Of a DNA stretch of 64,000 nucleotides, positions 31,722-43,160 are shown piece by piece. How positions within the stretch are numbered: position 1 is the first letter of the stretch; each line of letters begins with the position of its first letter. Origin of the DNA: Thiotrichaceae bacterium (GTDB taxonomy: Bacteria > Pseudomonadota > Gammaproteobacteria > SZUA-140); NCBI GenBank assembly GCA_002401765.2, contig NVTY02000061.1:5051-69050 (forward strand), written 5' to 3'. Under the pieces are notes generated by a model, which worked only from the letters and a program-made list of their open reading frames with translations, searched no databases and was not told where the DNA came from. The position numbers were made by a program, and so were the translations under genes.

Positions 31722-32552
31722 ATGGAAACCAAGTGTATGAGATTTTTAAAGGGCGTGGCAATTGGGGGCATTGCCATGTTAACAGCTGCATGTTCAAATT
31801 CTGATGACAATCATGAAGCAAAAGCAACTGACCACGTTAAAGTTACCCATGCTGAAAAAGTAAGCCACACGGCGGCGAGCCATTGGGCTTATGATGGTGA
31901 TGGCGCACCTCATGCATGGGGTGTTATTAAAGAAGAATATGCAACCTGCGGTGATGGCAAACAACAATCGCCGATCGATATTTCGGCGGTGACCATCGGC
32001 CCACTCTCTGAGATCGAGTTCAAATACAAATCAACGCCACTGGAGCTGAGCCACAATGGGCATACTATTCAGGCTAGCTACCACACCGGCAGTTATATCA
32101 CTGTCGGCGGCAAACGTTATGATTTATTGCAACTCCATTTTCATGCCCCTGCTGAGCACACCATTGGTGGCAAGAGCTATGAGATGGTGGCACATCTTGT
32201 TCATAAAGCAGCGGATGGTCAGTTAGCTGTGATCGGCGTGATGTTTAAAACGGGCGATAAAAATAAAGTGATTGAAAAACTGTGGACTCACATGCCAACA
32301 GAAAGCGGCCAGACCAATACTGTTAAAAATACGCGTTTCAATGCGCTTGATCTGTTACCGGTTGACTTAACTTACTTCAACTACGCGGGCTCGCTAACGA
32401 CTCCTCCCTGCTCAGAAGGGGTGAACTGGATGGTGATGGCAACCCCTGCATCAATCTCTGCTAAGCAGGTGAAACAGTTCACCGATCTTTTCCCATCGAG
32501 TGTGCGTCCAGTGCAACCACTCAATGGTCGCGTGGTACGTGCTAGTCATTAA
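31722..32552 (+). CDS. Alpha-class carbonic anhydrase, predicted lipoprotein
   Basis: Lipobox LTAAC; HWAY, QSPID, NGHT, QLHFH, EH, HLVH, GSLTTPPC, RPVQP. Confidence 0.95.
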   Translation: METKCMRFLKGVAIGGIAMLTAACSNSDDNHEAKATDHVKVTHAEKVSHTAASHWAYDGDGAPHAWGVIKEEYATCGDGKQQSPIDISAVTIGPLSEIEFKYKSTPLELSHNGHTIQASYHTGSYITVGGKRYDLLQLHFHAPAEHTIGGKSYEMVAHLVHKAADGQLAVIGVMFKTGDKNKVIEKLWTHMPTESGQTNTVKNTRFNALDLLPVDLTYFNYAGSLTTPPCSEGVNWMVMATPASISAKQVKQFTDLFPSSVRPVQPLNGRVVRASH

Positions 32553-32574
32553 TCGATCGCTATGTAATAAGCAC

Positions 32575-32611
32575 AAAAAGGCGAGGATGTGAAAGCATCC
32601 TCGCCTTTTTT
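32575..32611. terminator. Bidirectional Rho-independent terminator
   Basis: AAAAAGGCGAGGATG-TGAAAG-CATCCTCGCCTTTTT. Confidence 0.9.
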
Positions 32612-32661
32612 ATAGCTAAGCATTAGAGGTTTTTAACCACCAAGCCCAAGCTGACTAAACG

Positions 32662-33738
32662 CTAGATATTGTCTAAAATTGCTTTCTTAACCGCATCAAG
32701 CGTTGCATCAATGCTTTTAAGTGGCGCTTTGCACTGCTTGATTGCAGTATCAGGGTCTTTGATGCCATTGCCCGTTAAAGTGCAAACGACTTTGCTACCC
32801 GCCGCTATTTTACCGTTCTTCACATCTTTGATTAAACCCGCTAGTGAAGCGGCTGATGCCGGCTCACAAAAGATACCTTCACGTTCAGTCAGCATTTTCT
32901 GTGCAGAGAGGATCTCTTGGTCAGTGCATTCATCGAACCAGCCTTTCGATTCTTTTTGAGTGGTCCACGCCTTATCCCAGCTTTGTGGGTGGCCGATGCG
33001 AATGGCTGTCGCAACGGTTTCAGGATCGTCCACCATCGCACCACGCATAAACGGCGCAGAACCACTGGCCTGGTAACCCACCATCACCGGTAGGCTATTG
33101 ACGATACCGTGTTCATTATATTCTCTGTAGCCCATCCAGTGCGCAGTGATGTTGCCGGCGTTGCCAACGGGAATGCAGTGATAGTCTGGTGCGCTGCCAA
33201 GCTCTTCCATAATTTCAAACGCAGCGGTTTTCTGCCCCTGTAGGCGGTACGGATTGATTGAATTCACAATCGTAACCGGTGCGTGGCCCGCAATATCTTT
33301 AACCAACTGCATGCCAGCATCAAAATTACCTTTGATCTGAATCACCGTTGCGCCATGCATCATCGCCTGCGCTAGTTTACCAAGGGCAATCTTGCCATCT
33401 GGGATTAATACAAATGCCTTAATCCCTGCGCGCGCGGCATAAGCCGCAGCAGATGCAGAAGTGTTGCCGGTTGAGGCGCAGATGATGGCTTCACTGCCCT
33501 CTTCAACGGCCTTGGTAACGGCCATGGTCATGCCCCGGTCTTTAAAAGAACCGGTTGGATTTAGCCCTTCAAATTTCACATAAATATCAACTTCAGACTC
33601 CAACAGACCCGGAATATTATTCAGGCGAATCAGTGGGGTATTACCTTCACCGAGGCTAATAATGCGGGTGTCATCATGTACCGGCAAGCGGTCACGGTAG
33701 GTATCAATCAATCCTGTATAGCGAGATCGAAATTGCAT
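32662..33738 (-). CDS. thrC: Threonine synthase
   Basis: NPTGSFKDRG, CASTGNTSAS, PVGNAGN, LTGNG. Confidence 0.97.
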   Translation of the reverse strand: MQFRSRYTGLIDTYRDRLPVHDDTRIISLGEGNTPLIRLNNIPGLLESEVDIYVKFEGLNPTGSFKDRGMTMAVTKAVEEGSEAIICASTGNTSASAAAYAARAGIKAFVLIPDGKIALGKLAQAMMHGATVIQIKGNFDAGMQLVKDIAGHAPVTIVNSINPYRLQGQKTAAFEIMEELGSAPDYHCIPVGNAGNITAHWMGYREYNEHGIVNSLPVMVGYQASGSAPFMRGAMVDDPETVATAIRIGHPQSWDKAWTTQKESKGWFDECTDQEILSAQKMLTEREGIFCEPASAASLAGLIKDVKNGKIAAGSKVVCTLTGNGIKDPDTAIKQCKAPLKSIDATLDAVKKAILDNI

Positions 33739-33799
33739 AAAAATGTTTCCTTAAAAATCCAATGAGACGCGTCTATGCATCAAGTAAGGCAGACGAGAA

Positions 33800-35107
33800 T
33801 TATTTATCTAACTGCTCGAGGCGAATACGGGTGACATCACCATCAATCACATCCAGTGATTCAATACGGCGAATTGCTTCATTCATCTGGTGCTCAACAA
33901 CGCGCTGAGTCAGCATAATAATAGAGGCGATGCTTTTACCTTCTGCAGGCTCTTTTTGAATCATCGCTTCGATGCTGATGCCCTGCTCGCCTAGAATTTG
34001 CGTCACTTCCGCCAAAACACCAGGACGATCTAGCGCTTGCATACGCAGATAATAAGCGGTCTCGATCTGGTCCATCGGCAATATTGGCGTATCAGAAAGC
34101 TCATTAGGCTGAAATGCCAAATGCGGTACGCGGTTATCAGGGTCAACCGTCATGGTACGTGCCACATCAATAATATCAGCAATGACGGCAGATGCCGTTG
34201 GCTCAGCCCCGGCTCCAGCACCGTAATAAAGTGTTGGCCCGACTGCATCGCCCTGCACCAATACGGCATTCATCACGCCATCAACATTGGCAATCAAACG
34301 ACGTTCCGGAATCAAGGTTGGATGCACACGCAGCTCAATCCCTTTATCCGTTTTACGCGCCACACCCAAATGCTTAATACGATAGCCAAGCTGTTCCGCA
34401 TAGTTCATATCTTCACGGCTGATCTTCGATATCCCTTCGGTATAGGTCTTGTCAAACTGCAGCGGCACACCAAATGCAATCGATGCCAGTATGGTTAGCT
34501 TGTGCGCGGCATCAATGCCTTCAACGTCAAAGGTTGGATCTGCTTCAGCATAACCAAGCGCTTGTGCCTCGGCCAACACGTCTTCAAAGTCGCGCCCTTT
34601 ATCACGCATCTCGGTCAAAATAAAGTTACCAGTGCCGTTGATAATACCGGCTAGCCATTCAATCTGATTCGCAGCCAAGCCTTCACGTAGTGCTTTAATA
34701 ATCGGAATACCACCGGCAACACCCGCTTCAAATGCAACCATCACCCCTTTCTTCTGCGCTGCTTCGAAGATTTCATTGCCATGCATTGCAATCAAGGCTT
34801 TATTGGCAGTGACGACATGTTTGCCATTCTCAATCGCCTGCAATACCAATTGACGCGCAGGGTCATAGCCACCAATCAATTCAACAATGATATCAATATC
34901 AGGATTATTAACCACCGCAAAGGCATCATCACAAACATCAATGCCATCGGTATTAACATCAGGATTAAGGTCTCTCGTTGCCGCATGTGTGACACGAATT
35001 TCACGTCCCGCACGTCGCGCAATCTCAGCTGCATTTCTAGCTAATACGTTCGCGGTTCCACCACCTACGGTGCCCAACCCTAACAGCCCTACTTTAATCG
35101 GCTTCAA
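33800..35107 (-). CDS. hom: Homoserine dehydrogenase with ACT domain
   Basis: [32 protein letters not shown]. Confidence 0.97.
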   Translation of the reverse strand: MKPIKVGLLGLGTVGGGTANVLARNAAEIARRAGREIRVTHAATRDLNPDVNTDGIDVCDDAFAVVNNPDIDIIVELIGGYDPARQLVLQAIENGKHVVTANKALIAMHGNEIFEAAQKKGVMVAFEAGVAGGIPIIKALREGLAANQIEWLAGIINGTGNFILTEMRDKGRDFEDVLAEAQALGYAEADPTFDVEGIDAAHKLTILASIAFGVPLQFDKTYTEGISKISREDMNYAEQLGYRIKHLGVARKTDKGIELRVHPTLIPERRLIANVDGVMNAVLVQGDAVGPTLYYGAGAGAEPTASAVIADIIDVARTMTVDPDNRVPHLAFQPNELSDTPILPMDQIETAYYLRMQALDRPGVLAEVTQILGEQGISIEAMIQKEPAEGKSIASIIMLTQRVVEHQMNEAIRRIESLDVIDGDVTRIRLEQLDK

Positions 35108-36327
35108 CTTTCATCTCCTGTCACATCAACTACGGCACCACTGAGGACGCCATCTTTTTTAAACATCTGTCGAATTCCGCGCACTGCCTGTCGAGTGCGG
35201 TGTTCATTCTCAATCAATCCAAAACGCACATGATCGTCGCCATATTCACCAAAACCCACGCCGGGTGAAACCGCCACTTTTGCTTCCTCTAATAATTTCT
35301 TAGAGAAATCGAGTGAACCTATTTCACGATACTGCGCAGGGATTCTAGCCCACACAAACATTGTTGCCTTTGGTTTTTCGACAGCCCAACCAATGGCGTT
35401 TAACCCGTCGCATAAAACGTCGCGGCGGTTACGGTACATATTGCTAATCTCTTTAACACATTCTTGCGGACCTTCAAGCGCAGCGATTGCAGCGACCTGA
35501 ATGGGGGTGAACATGCCGTAATCTAGGTAAGACTTGATCCGAGCTAATGCACCGACTAAAGCCTGATTACCGCACATAAAACCAACCCGCCAACCCGGCA
35601 TATTATAGCTCTTTGAGAGGCTATAGAACTCAACCGCAACCTCTTTTGCACCCGGTACTTGCAAGATAGATGGTGCCTTGTAACCATCAAATACGATTTC
35701 GCCATATGCCAGGTCATGAACGACCCAAATTTGATGCTCACGTGCAATGGCCACAACCTTTTCAAAAAACTCCAATTCGACACACTGCGTCGTTGGATTC
35801 CCCGGGAAATTCAGTACCAGCATTTTAGGGCGCGGAAAGCTATTTTTGATCGCCGATTCTAGTTCAGCGAAAAAATCGACGTCAGGCGTCATGGGGACAT
35901 GGCGAATATCCGCCCCAGCGATGATAAAACCATAAGGATGAATTGGATATGCCGGGTTTGGCACCAATACGGCATCGCCTGGACCAACCGTTGCCAGCGC
36001 TAAATGAGCCAGACCCTCTTTTGAGCCGATGGTAACGATTGCTTCGCTCTCTTGGTCCAGCTCAACATCATATTTATCTTTGTACCAGTTACAGATAGCG
36101 CGGCGTAGACGAGGGATACCGCGCGACATTGAATATCGATGGGTATCGCCTCTCCGTGTCGCCTCAATCATCTTGTCTACAATATGTGGCGGGGTTGGCT
36201 GATCTGGATTGCCCATGCCAAAATCAATAATATCTTCACCGCGTGCGCGTGCTTGCGCCTTCAAATCGTTAACGATATTGAATACATAGGGCGGTAGCCG
36301 CTTTATTCTGGGAAATTCCTCGATCAC
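35104..36327 (-). CDS. alaC: Glutamate-pyruvate aminotransferase
   Basis: [25 protein letters not shown]; alaC-hom-thrC synteny. Confidence 0.93.
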   Translation of the reverse strand: MIEEFPRIKRLPPYVFNIVNDLKAQARARGEDIIDFGMGNPDQPTPPHIVDKMIEATRRGDTHRYSMSRGIPRLRRAICNWYKDKYDVELDQESEAIVTIGSKEGLAHLALATVGPGDAVLVPNPAYPIHPYGFIIAGADIRHVPMTPDVDFFAELESAIKNSFPRPKMLVLNFPGNPTTQCVELEFFEKVVAIAREHQIWVVHDLAYGEIVFDGYKAPSILQVPGAKEVAVEFYSLSKSYNMPGWRVGFMCGNQALVGALARIKSYLDYGMFTPIQVAAIAALEGPQECVKEISNMYRNRRDVLCDGLNAIGWAVEKPKATMFVWARIPAQYREIGSLDFSKKLLEEAKVAVSPGVGFGEYGDDHVRFGLIENEHRTRQAVRGIRQMFKKDGVLSGAVVDVTGDES

Positions 36328-36431
36328 CTGCTTATGTCACTCCAAAACTGAACGCTTAAAAAATAAACGCCTATAATATCAAACTTTTAAAGATTAGCTA
36401 TCCGAAATAAAAGGCGCTATTGTAGCTCACT

Positions 36432-36893
36432 ATGAATAACACAGCAGCACCGGAATCACGTAAAAGCGTAAAAATCACCCTTGATGAAGATTATAGTCGA
36501 TTTGGGGTTTATGCTTATACACCTGGTGAAATTACGATTATCCGGCCAAATGACAGCTACACCCCTGATGATGAAGGCTTTGGTCACAAGACACTTAAAA
36601 AAGAAACGCATACCAATAGCCTAATTATCATGCCCCACTGCCTGATTGCTGACTGGGCACCCCGAACCATTGATGACCTAACAGAGCATCACTTCGAAAT
36701 TCTCCAAAAACCACCTCAAATCCTTTTACTCGGCACCGGTTCAGCCCACCATTGGCCATCTGCCACTATTTTAGGCTCACTCACGAATCAAGGAATTGCA
36801 GTTGAAGTGATGGATACTGCGGCAGCCTGTCGGACCTATGCCATCCTCGCCTCAGATGGCCGTAACGTTGGTGCCGCGCTACTCGTTGCCTAA
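36432..36893 (+). CDS. Mth938-like domain protein
   Basis: LLLGTG, EVMDTAAACRTY, GRNVGAAL. Confidence 0.9.
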   Translation: MNNTAAPESRKSVKITLDEDYSRFGVYAYTPGEITIIRPNDSYTPDDEGFGHKTLKKETHTNSLIIMPHCLIADWAPRTIDDLTEHHFEILQKPPQILLLGTGSAHHWPSATILGSLTNQGIAVEVMDTAAACRTYAILASDGRNVGAALLVA

Positions 36894-37141
36894 ACACCTA
36901 CATATTTAGGTTAGTCACCCTGTGACTTGGCCCTACATCACACTAAAAGTTATACCCAATTCACACATATCTACAACAGCCACAGCACTGATGCTACATA
37001 ACTTCCAATGTTGTGAAATAGCTCAAGTCTTTTTCCTCTAAAATACTGAATACTCATGCCTAACCTGTGTATAGCGGTGAATTTTCATTCCATTTTGAAG
37101 TTCCCGTTCACAATAAACCCTATTCAAGAGAACCTTAAAAT

Positions 37142-38680
37142 ATGAGAAATACAATAAAACAAGCTGTATTTCTGGTACTCGCAGCCGCTGTGCTATCAGC
37201 ATGCAAACCAAGCGCACCGGGGCAAAACGACACCGCAGATGCATCGACAACCATGTTTGGTGCCCAAGTGGTTCATGGTGAGGCTGCTGCGCTCTCTTCT
37301 AACGAGTACAAACAATTATCTGCGGAAGCACAATATGCAGTCGCCAATCGCTTGATGAGCACGCTCTATAAAGGTGTTCCAGTCGATGAGTTTTTCGACC
37401 TGGAGCAAGGCCTTGCCTCACCAAAAGTAGGCGATGGCGATGACTTCATTAACCAAACGGCTAAGCAGATGATACAAGAGCTGCCTAATCCAGGTGAATA
37501 CCTCCAGCAGGTGGAAGAAAATTATAGCTTCACCTCTCGTTATCCCCAGGAGATGCCAATCGCGCTGATGTATGACCTCCCCATCAGTCGAGATCACTTT
37601 ACGCATTGGATGGCCTATAACCTTTCAAACACCATCTTGTTTTCACCTGCCCTGGAAATGGACTCTGCCGACTACTTTGATGTTCACAGGGTCTATAGCA
37701 AATTGGTTAGCCGCATGAATTCAAACATGGATATCCGAGAAATCATCTATCAGCACATGATTTCGCAAGAGAATTGGCGTCGTTTTCGTTCACCAGAAGA
37801 TAATACGCGTGAAATGATTGAAATTTATCTAGGGCTATTTGACCAAGATGATCAGGTACCCAAGGCTTCGCAGGCCTGCCAAAACTGGCACCTGACAGGT
37901 GACAATCAGGATTACCAGCTAGTCATCACCCTGGATGAAAACATCGTGCCACAGAAGGTACTGGGTCAATGGATTAACAACTGTTTTGATTTTTACCGTG
38001 TAATCTCAAATCACCCAAAAGTTATTGCTAGAATAGTCAATGTGTTGGTTGATCATTTCTTTGTTGATATGGGGCAGGATACGCGTGCTGCACTGGTACA
38101 AAGTATCGTAGATAGTAATCCTACTCGCTTTGAACATATTTTTACCGCTATTATTTTTTCACGTGAATACCTACTGAATAGTGACCGCCCAAGGCGCGTG
38201 GAAGAAACCTTTTTCAATATTGCTCATCGAGTCGACTGGAAACCCGCTGGTGACTTTTTTAGGCGGCTAAATGACCCTTCAGGCGGCAGCTCATTTCCAA
38301 CATTGGCTCAAATGAAGCAGCCTAGTATGACGCTGAAATTGGGTCGTTGGCCCTTCCAACCGCTCGATTCGCTCAGTTTCTCTTATTACCATAAACTGCT
38401 ACGTGAACAGTTACTGACTCGCTACAGCAGCAGTAACGCTAACAGTAATGCCTGGGGATTAGACTTTATCGAAAAAGCATCCAATTTAAGTGACGTGGAC
38501 TTTATTCACTATCTCTTTTTAAGCAGTGTTGGTCGCAAAGCCAACGACCAGGAACTTATCACATTGACTGAGGTTATCACTAACCGGAATTATCTAAATA
38601 ATCGTCCTAACCAGGCCCGCATCATTTTTGATTACGTTTCTCGTCTACCAGAAACATACTTTAATAATCGCATTAACTAA
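37142..38680 (+). CDS. DUF1800-like lipoprotein
   Basis: Lipobox LSAC; SPEDNTREMIEIYLG...DQVPKASQA resembles the DUF1800 NENYARE motif; precedes a DUF1501-like gene. Confidence 0.6.
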   Translation: MRNTIKQAVFLVLAAAVLSACKPSAPGQNDTADASTTMFGAQVVHGEAAALSSNEYKQLSAEAQYAVANRLMSTLYKGVPVDEFFDLEQGLASPKVGDGDDFINQTAKQMIQELPNPGEYLQQVEENYSFTSRYPQEMPIALMYDLPISRDHFTHWMAYNLSNTILFSPALEMDSADYFDVHRVYSKLVSRMNSNMDIREIIYQHMISQENWRRFRSPEDNTREMIEIYLGLFDQDDQVPKASQACQNWHLTGDNQDYQLVITLDENIVPQKVLGQWINNCFDFYRVISNHPKVIARIVNVLVDHFFVDMGQDTRAALVQSIVDSNPTRFEHIFTAIIFSREYLLNSDRPRRVEETFFNIAHRVDWKPAGDFFRRLNDPSGGSSFPTLAQMKQPSMTLKLGRWPFQPLDSLSFSYYHKLLREQLLTRYSSSNANSNAWGLDFIEKASNLSDVDFIHYLFLSSVGRKANDQELITLTEVITNRNYLNNRPNQARIIFDYVSRLPETYFNNRIN

Positions 38681-38695
38681 GCAGGTATCATTATT

Positions 38696-40111
38696 ATGGA
38701 AAGAAGACAATTTCTTAAACATCTTGGTGTCCTTGGTGGTGCTTGCACAGCTGCATCTATGTTGGGAGGGCGGAACCTTATTTCTCCCAGTATGGCAGCA
38801 CTCAATACGGGCGACGCAAACAATATTGTTTTAAATGAAGTAAATTATGTGCGCCCTACCGTGTTACCGCAAATTATCCATGTATTTCTCTATGGCGGCC
38901 CCTCTGAACTGGCAGGGAATCTGACTAATATTGAAGATATTAATGCCAATTCTCAAAATCCCTACCCCACCAATATGGACCCTAATAATACAGGGACGAT
39001 TATCACTCCAAATAATTTCTGGGGTGGCGCTAACAATGGCGCCGGTGGGGAGATCATGGAAAGCTTGATCGCCGCTGGTGACATGAGTATTTACCGAACC
39101 ATTAACCGCCTTAAAGAAGACTCCAAGGCACACCGCACCAGTATATTCCAAAACTTAACCGGCCATTTAGATGCTGAAAATACACCGGGAATAGGCACCA
39201 CGGTGGCTGCCATTTTAAGCGCTCATAATGCCTTTGGTAAGGCACCGGAAGATATGATTCTGCCCTTTGTCTCATTTGAAGGTGATTCTTTGGTATTTGA
39301 ACCCGCTGGGCTTGATATTCCCCTGGCCACTAAATACATTGCACTGGATCAGAATTTTAGGAATCCTTATGATAGAAATCGTAATTCATCAGTGGGTGAT
39401 AACGGAGGCATTGATGACAATGCAATTGAAGCACTTGCGCGAAATAACGCGCAAGGTGAAAAATTCCTAAAAGTTCGCGAAGCCTTTACTAAGCGTAAAG
39501 AACTCTCTGATTTTATTGACAGCAGCTTTAATGTAGATAGGGTTAATGCAGATCTTCTCGCACTAGGAATTACCTACCCCAATACTAATTTTGGGCGCCG
39601 CCTGAAAGCGGCTGTGAGTCTTGCGGTCAATAACCCTGATAGCTTGTTCATTTCAATGGGCAGCGGCGGGCTGGGTGGTTGGGATGACCATGACTCTAGC
39701 CTGGAAGAATACCCAGATAGAATGCGAGATTTAATGACATCACTCGAGGTTGCCGTTAACCATATGAACATGACTGGGCGTGACAATATAATCATTAATG
39801 TTTACGGTGAGTTTGGACGGAATGTAAACCTGAATAATTCGATTGGCTGGGACCACGGTAACAATCAAAACCTTATGACATTCGGCGGCAAAGGAATTTC
39901 TGGACGAGGGTTAGGTAAAATTGTCGGCAAAACGCAGCGTATCGGAGCCTCCGGGGTGAATCGGCAATTTACCTCACCCACTGATGACAGTTACCAGGCA
40001 GAGCCATTTTCAATCGCCTCAACAGTTTACAAGTATTTTGGCGTGCAAAATACTGAGGTACTGAATGATGAGCAACCGTTAGATGAAAACGCAGCAAATG
40101 AAGTAATCTAA
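38696..40111 (+). CDS. DUF1501 family Tat-exported protein
   Basis: Tat signal MERRQFLK; FLYGG, GGWDDH, GEFGR, GWDHG. Confidence 0.85.
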   Translation: MERRQFLKHLGVLGGACTAASMLGGRNLISPSMAALNTGDANNIVLNEVNYVRPTVLPQIIHVFLYGGPSELAGNLTNIEDINANSQNPYPTNMDPNNTGTIITPNNFWGGANNGAGGEIMESLIAAGDMSIYRTINRLKEDSKAHRTSIFQNLTGHLDAENTPGIGTTVAAILSAHNAFGKAPEDMILPFVSFEGDSLVFEPAGLDIPLATKYIALDQNFRNPYDRNRNSSVGDNGGIDDNAIEALARNNAQGEKFLKVREAFTKRKELSDFIDSSFNVDRVNADLLALGITYPNTNFGRRLKAAVSLAVNNPDSLFISMGSGGLGGWDDHDSSLEEYPDRMRDLMTSLEVAVNHMNMTGRDNIIINVYGEFGRNVNLNNSIGWDHGNNQNLMTFGGKGISGRGLGKIVGKTQRIGASGVNRQFTSPTDDSYQAEPFSIASTVYKYFGVQNTEVLNDEQPLDENAANEVI

Positions 40112-40125
40112 GCAGGCCGTTTACA

Positions 40126-40166
40126 GTTAAAAACCCCTGAAGAATACCTCTTCATGGGTTTTTAAC
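40126..40166. terminator. Bidirectional terminator between convergent operons
   Basis: GTTAAAAACCCCTGAAGA...TCTTCATGGGTTTTTAAC. Confidence 0.75.
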
Positions 40167-40174
40167 ATTGCCGC

Positions 40175-41077
40175 TTATGATTCAAAACAGAGGAACTCGA
40201 CTGCCTGTTGTTGTAGAAAGTCCTTTGCGCCAGCCCCTCTAAGAATCGCAAATGTCGAAAGCATGCCCGCCTCCATGCATGTTGAAGCAACTGTTGTCAC
40301 TGAGCGCGGTGCATCAGGAATAGGCCAGCCTGTCGTCGGATCCAAAATATGACCATAGCGCAGCCCATCTTTAATTAAAAATCGTCGCGCATCGCCACTA
40401 GTGGCAACAGCGCCACTACTCAGGCTCACAAGAGCGACTTGTTCATTATCACCCTTCTCTGGGTCTTCGATGGCTATCTCCCACGGGGCGCCATCTAAAC
40501 GTGGCCCTAACGCACACAAATCCCCCCCGAAATTAATCAATACACCGCTTTGGAGAAGGGGCTTAATTAACAGCGCAACGCGATCGACCGCATACTCTTT
40601 CCCAATCCCGCCCAAGTCAAGCTCCATCCCATTATCCATGGTTAAAATAGAAGATTGCCATTTAACCTTAGACCAGCCAATTCGAGATAATACCAACTTT
40701 ATCGCCGCGTCTGATGGAATAGAATCACTGCCGTCAAAATGCCACACCTCTCGTAAAACGCCAGAGGTGATGTCAAAATGCCCACCACTCAATTGATAAC
40801 ACTGCTCTGCGTAGTTCAATAACAAGGCTGTTTCTGCATCAACCTCAATGGGTTGGCCCTGAGCCTTATTAATTTTGAAGATGATATTATCGTCGCGATA
40901 ACGACTGAATTTTTGCTCTATTCGCTTTGCTTCACGCTCTGCAATAGCCACAAGCTGATACGCCAGCCTCTCATCTGGCGTATCCAGCAATATTTCACAC
41001 GGACTAGCCATTGCACTAAACCGTCCGACCCATAAGTCATTCTGACGCGCCAGAGAAAATGGTAGCGCTTCATTCAT
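40175..41077 (-). CDS. apbE: FAD:protein FMN transferase
   Basis: FDIT, LDLGGIGKEYAVD, NFGGD, VATSGD, HILDPTTGWP. Confidence 0.93.
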   Translation of the reverse strand: MNEALPFSLARQNDLWVGRFSAMASPCEILLDTPDERLAYQLVAIAEREAKRIEQKFSRYRDDNIIFKINKAQGQPIEVDAETALLLNYAEQCYQLSGGHFDITSGVLREVWHFDGSDSIPSDAAIKLVLSRIGWSKVKWQSSILTMDNGMELDLGGIGKEYAVDRVALLIKPLLQSGVLINFGGDLCALGPRLDGAPWEIAIEDPEKGDNEQVALVSLSSGAVATSGDARRFLIKDGLRYGHILDPTTGWPIPDAPRSVTTVASTCMEAGMLSTFAILRGAGAKDFLQQQAVEFLCFES

Positions 41078-41090
41078 AAGGATCGCTCAA

Positions 41091-42422
41091 CTATTTAAAT
41101 TTGAAGGTAAATGCCCCTTGATATACTAGCGCCTTCATATCGGGTAGGTCTACCTCGGAATAACTCTGCCGAATATATTCGGCACGCACCGCAAACGATC
41201 CATTAACGCCCAGTTCATGACCATATTTTAAACCAATACTATACGTTGATAATTTACCTAAGCGATAATCTGCACTTGCGTACTGAGGCAAGCTGGTAAT
41301 TGATGAATCAATTGCGCGCTGAAAAAAGTCTGCGCCTGATTGTACATTTAAGCGAAAATGTGGCTGAAAATAGCTTTTCGGCTCATAATCATATCGATAT
41401 TTATAATCAAAAGTATGAGACGTAATACCCCAGTCATCCCAAAAATAGCGGTATGAGAAATCGACTATTTTTTTTTCACTCAACTGACTAACTGTCTTCC
41501 AGTAAAGACTATGCCTTGTACGTCTATCAGGGCGTTTTTCATAAAGTATCATCACCTCTTCACCATCAATCGAGTTATCGACCACACTAATCAGTTTATA
41601 TGGGTCAGTCAGGTAACCAAGCGAGACTCCAAGGCTATAATTGAGTTGCGTAATGGTGCGCTGATTCACTACCTGGGTGACGCCAATCATGCCATCAAAC
41701 ATGCGCTTCCTACCAAAACCAAAGCGAGTGCTCGTGACATTACAATTTTCCCATTCTGGCAATACAGGCACTGTATCATTACAATTAGAGACACCCAATC
41801 CTAAGGGGGTACCACTGGCAGGAGTAACGCTCTCCCTTAATATGGCCAGCCCACTAGTCAGTGTTGTGTTGCGTTGATTTCGATCCCACGAAATGGTCCC
41901 GGCAACACCATAAGAAGTAAAATCATTCTCAGATGAGTAATTCCCTTCAATCACACCTTTTAAGGTGCGGGTGATGGGCTTTTCCAGGCTGAGATCTAGT
42001 GCTGCTCTTTTATCAGTAAACTCCGTTAACCACCGTTTTCCTGCACTACCGTTGTCGTTAATGCTAATACTAAAGCCTGATGCGGAGGTAAAGGGAATAC
42101 TACCGCCATTAGTTTCAGCGGGAATAATCCGTCCATTAGGTGATGCGCCGGTAATCGTGTCATAGATGATATTGGCGCGTAAAAAGGCATCGTCACCAAG
42201 ATCATTTTCAATCGCCACATGAGTGGTATTCACTGAAACACGCCCCTCTTCAGCATAATAGAAAGTCGATAGACCAATCTTTGAAAGATCACTCACCTCT
42301 TCTTCAGCAAAGGAAACGACAGATATGGAACTGGACAATACCGTACAGGTAGCAACCGTTAATGCATGACGAACCGAGTGCTTTGGTAGAACGAGCATCT
42401 GTTTTTTATTTTTTAGTTGCAC
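41091..42422 (-). CDS. DUF3570 family outer-membrane protein
   Basis: MQL start, DTITGASP flavinylation-type motif, SSENDF, GYLTDPYK, YRYFWDDWGI, SADYRL; terminal Phe-rich strand. Confidence 0.88.
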   Translation of the reverse strand: MQLKNKKQMLVLPKHSVRHALTVATCTVLSSSISVVSFAEEEVSDLSKIGLSTFYYAEEGRVSVNTTHVAIENDLGDDAFLRANIIYDTITGASPNGRIIPAETNGGSIPFTSASGFSISINDNGSAGKRWLTEFTDKRAALDLSLEKPITRTLKGVIEGNYSSENDFTSYGVAGTISWDRNQRNTTLTSGLAILRESVTPASGTPLGLGVSNCNDTVPVLPEWENCNVTSTRFGFGRKRMFDGMIGVTQVVNQRTITQLNYSLGVSLGYLTDPYKLISVVDNSIDGEEVMILYEKRPDRRTRHSLYWKTVSQLSEKKIVDFSYRYFWDDWGITSHTFDYKYRYDYEPKSYFQPHFRLNVQSGADFFQRAIDSSITSLPQYASADYRLGKLSTYSIGLKYGHELGVNGSFAVRAEYIRQSYSEVDLPDMKALVYQGAFTFKFK

Positions 42423-42661
42423 CCGCAGCCACCTCCGCCAATTCCCTGCCCACCGTTCGCACTTTCACGACTATAAAACATTTTTTGATCCGCACTATTT
42501 TCTAAGGGGTATGGGTTTAACTGCATTCGTTCTTCCGCCAGCATAGCCTTGTGCCATGGTTTAACTTCTTCATGAGCAAACATCCCTCCAGGTTTAAAAG
42601 TTGAGCAACCAGAAAGAAAAAGAATGGTGAGTAACAAACTATAATTCAGTAATGCTTTCAT
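42413..42661 (-). CDS. DUF4266 family lipoprotein
   Basis: Lipobox LSGC; VKPW; C-terminal SRE...GGGGCGCN. Confidence 0.9.
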   Translation of the reverse strand: MKALLNYSLLLTILFLSGCSTFKPGGMFAHEEVKPWHKAMLAEERMQLNPYPLENSADQKMFYSRESANGGQGIGGGGCGCN

Positions 42662-42662
42662 A

Positions 42663-43160
42663 TTATTTCATTGTTTTACTACGCTTAAGTAATGCTTCGA
42701 TTTCACGTTCTAATAAAGGAATATCCTTATCGCGAAACCCCATATGAGCACTGTGCAGTTCACCATTTCTGTCGATCAAATACGCACTAGGCATGCCTTG
42801 TAATTCATATAGCCCAGCGACTTTACCCGGCGGGTCAAATGCAATATCGAAGTTAGGCTTCAACTCGCTAAGAAATTTATCCGCATCTGCCCGTTGAGTA
42901 TCAAGATTAACAGCAATAACCCTAAAGCCTTTTTTCTTTAAACGAGCCTGCATGTCATTCAGCCAGGGAAATGATTTTCGGCAAGGACCACACCATGAAG
43001 CCCAGAAGTCCAGATAAACTACTTTTCCCTTATATTCAGATAGCTTTACCTTCCCACTTAGCCCTTCAAGCTCAAAGTCTGGCGCTTTACCGGCAGAAAG
43101 AACAACACTTGAAAAGCACATCGCTAGAATGATTACTAGCACTTTAGGAAGGTCTTGCAT
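42663..43160 (-). CDS. TlpA family thiol-disulfide oxidoreductase
   Basis: DFWASWCGPC, GMPS; likely start ATG at 43160. Confidence 0.93.
   Translation of the reverse strand: MQDLPKVLVIILAMCFSSVVLSAGKAPDFELEGLSGKVKLSEYKGKVVYLDFWASWCGPCRKSFPWLNDMQARLKKKGFRVIAVNLDTQRADADKFLSELKPNFDIAFDPPGKVAGLYELQGMPSAYLIDRNGELHSAHMGFRDKDIPLLEREIEALLKRSKTMK

Noticed and set aside
16882-32552. tRNA-Val-anchored genomic island or prophage
   Set aside because: No integrase, no duplicated tRNA 3' end and no phage genes seen; the accessory genes lie 5' of the tRNA.
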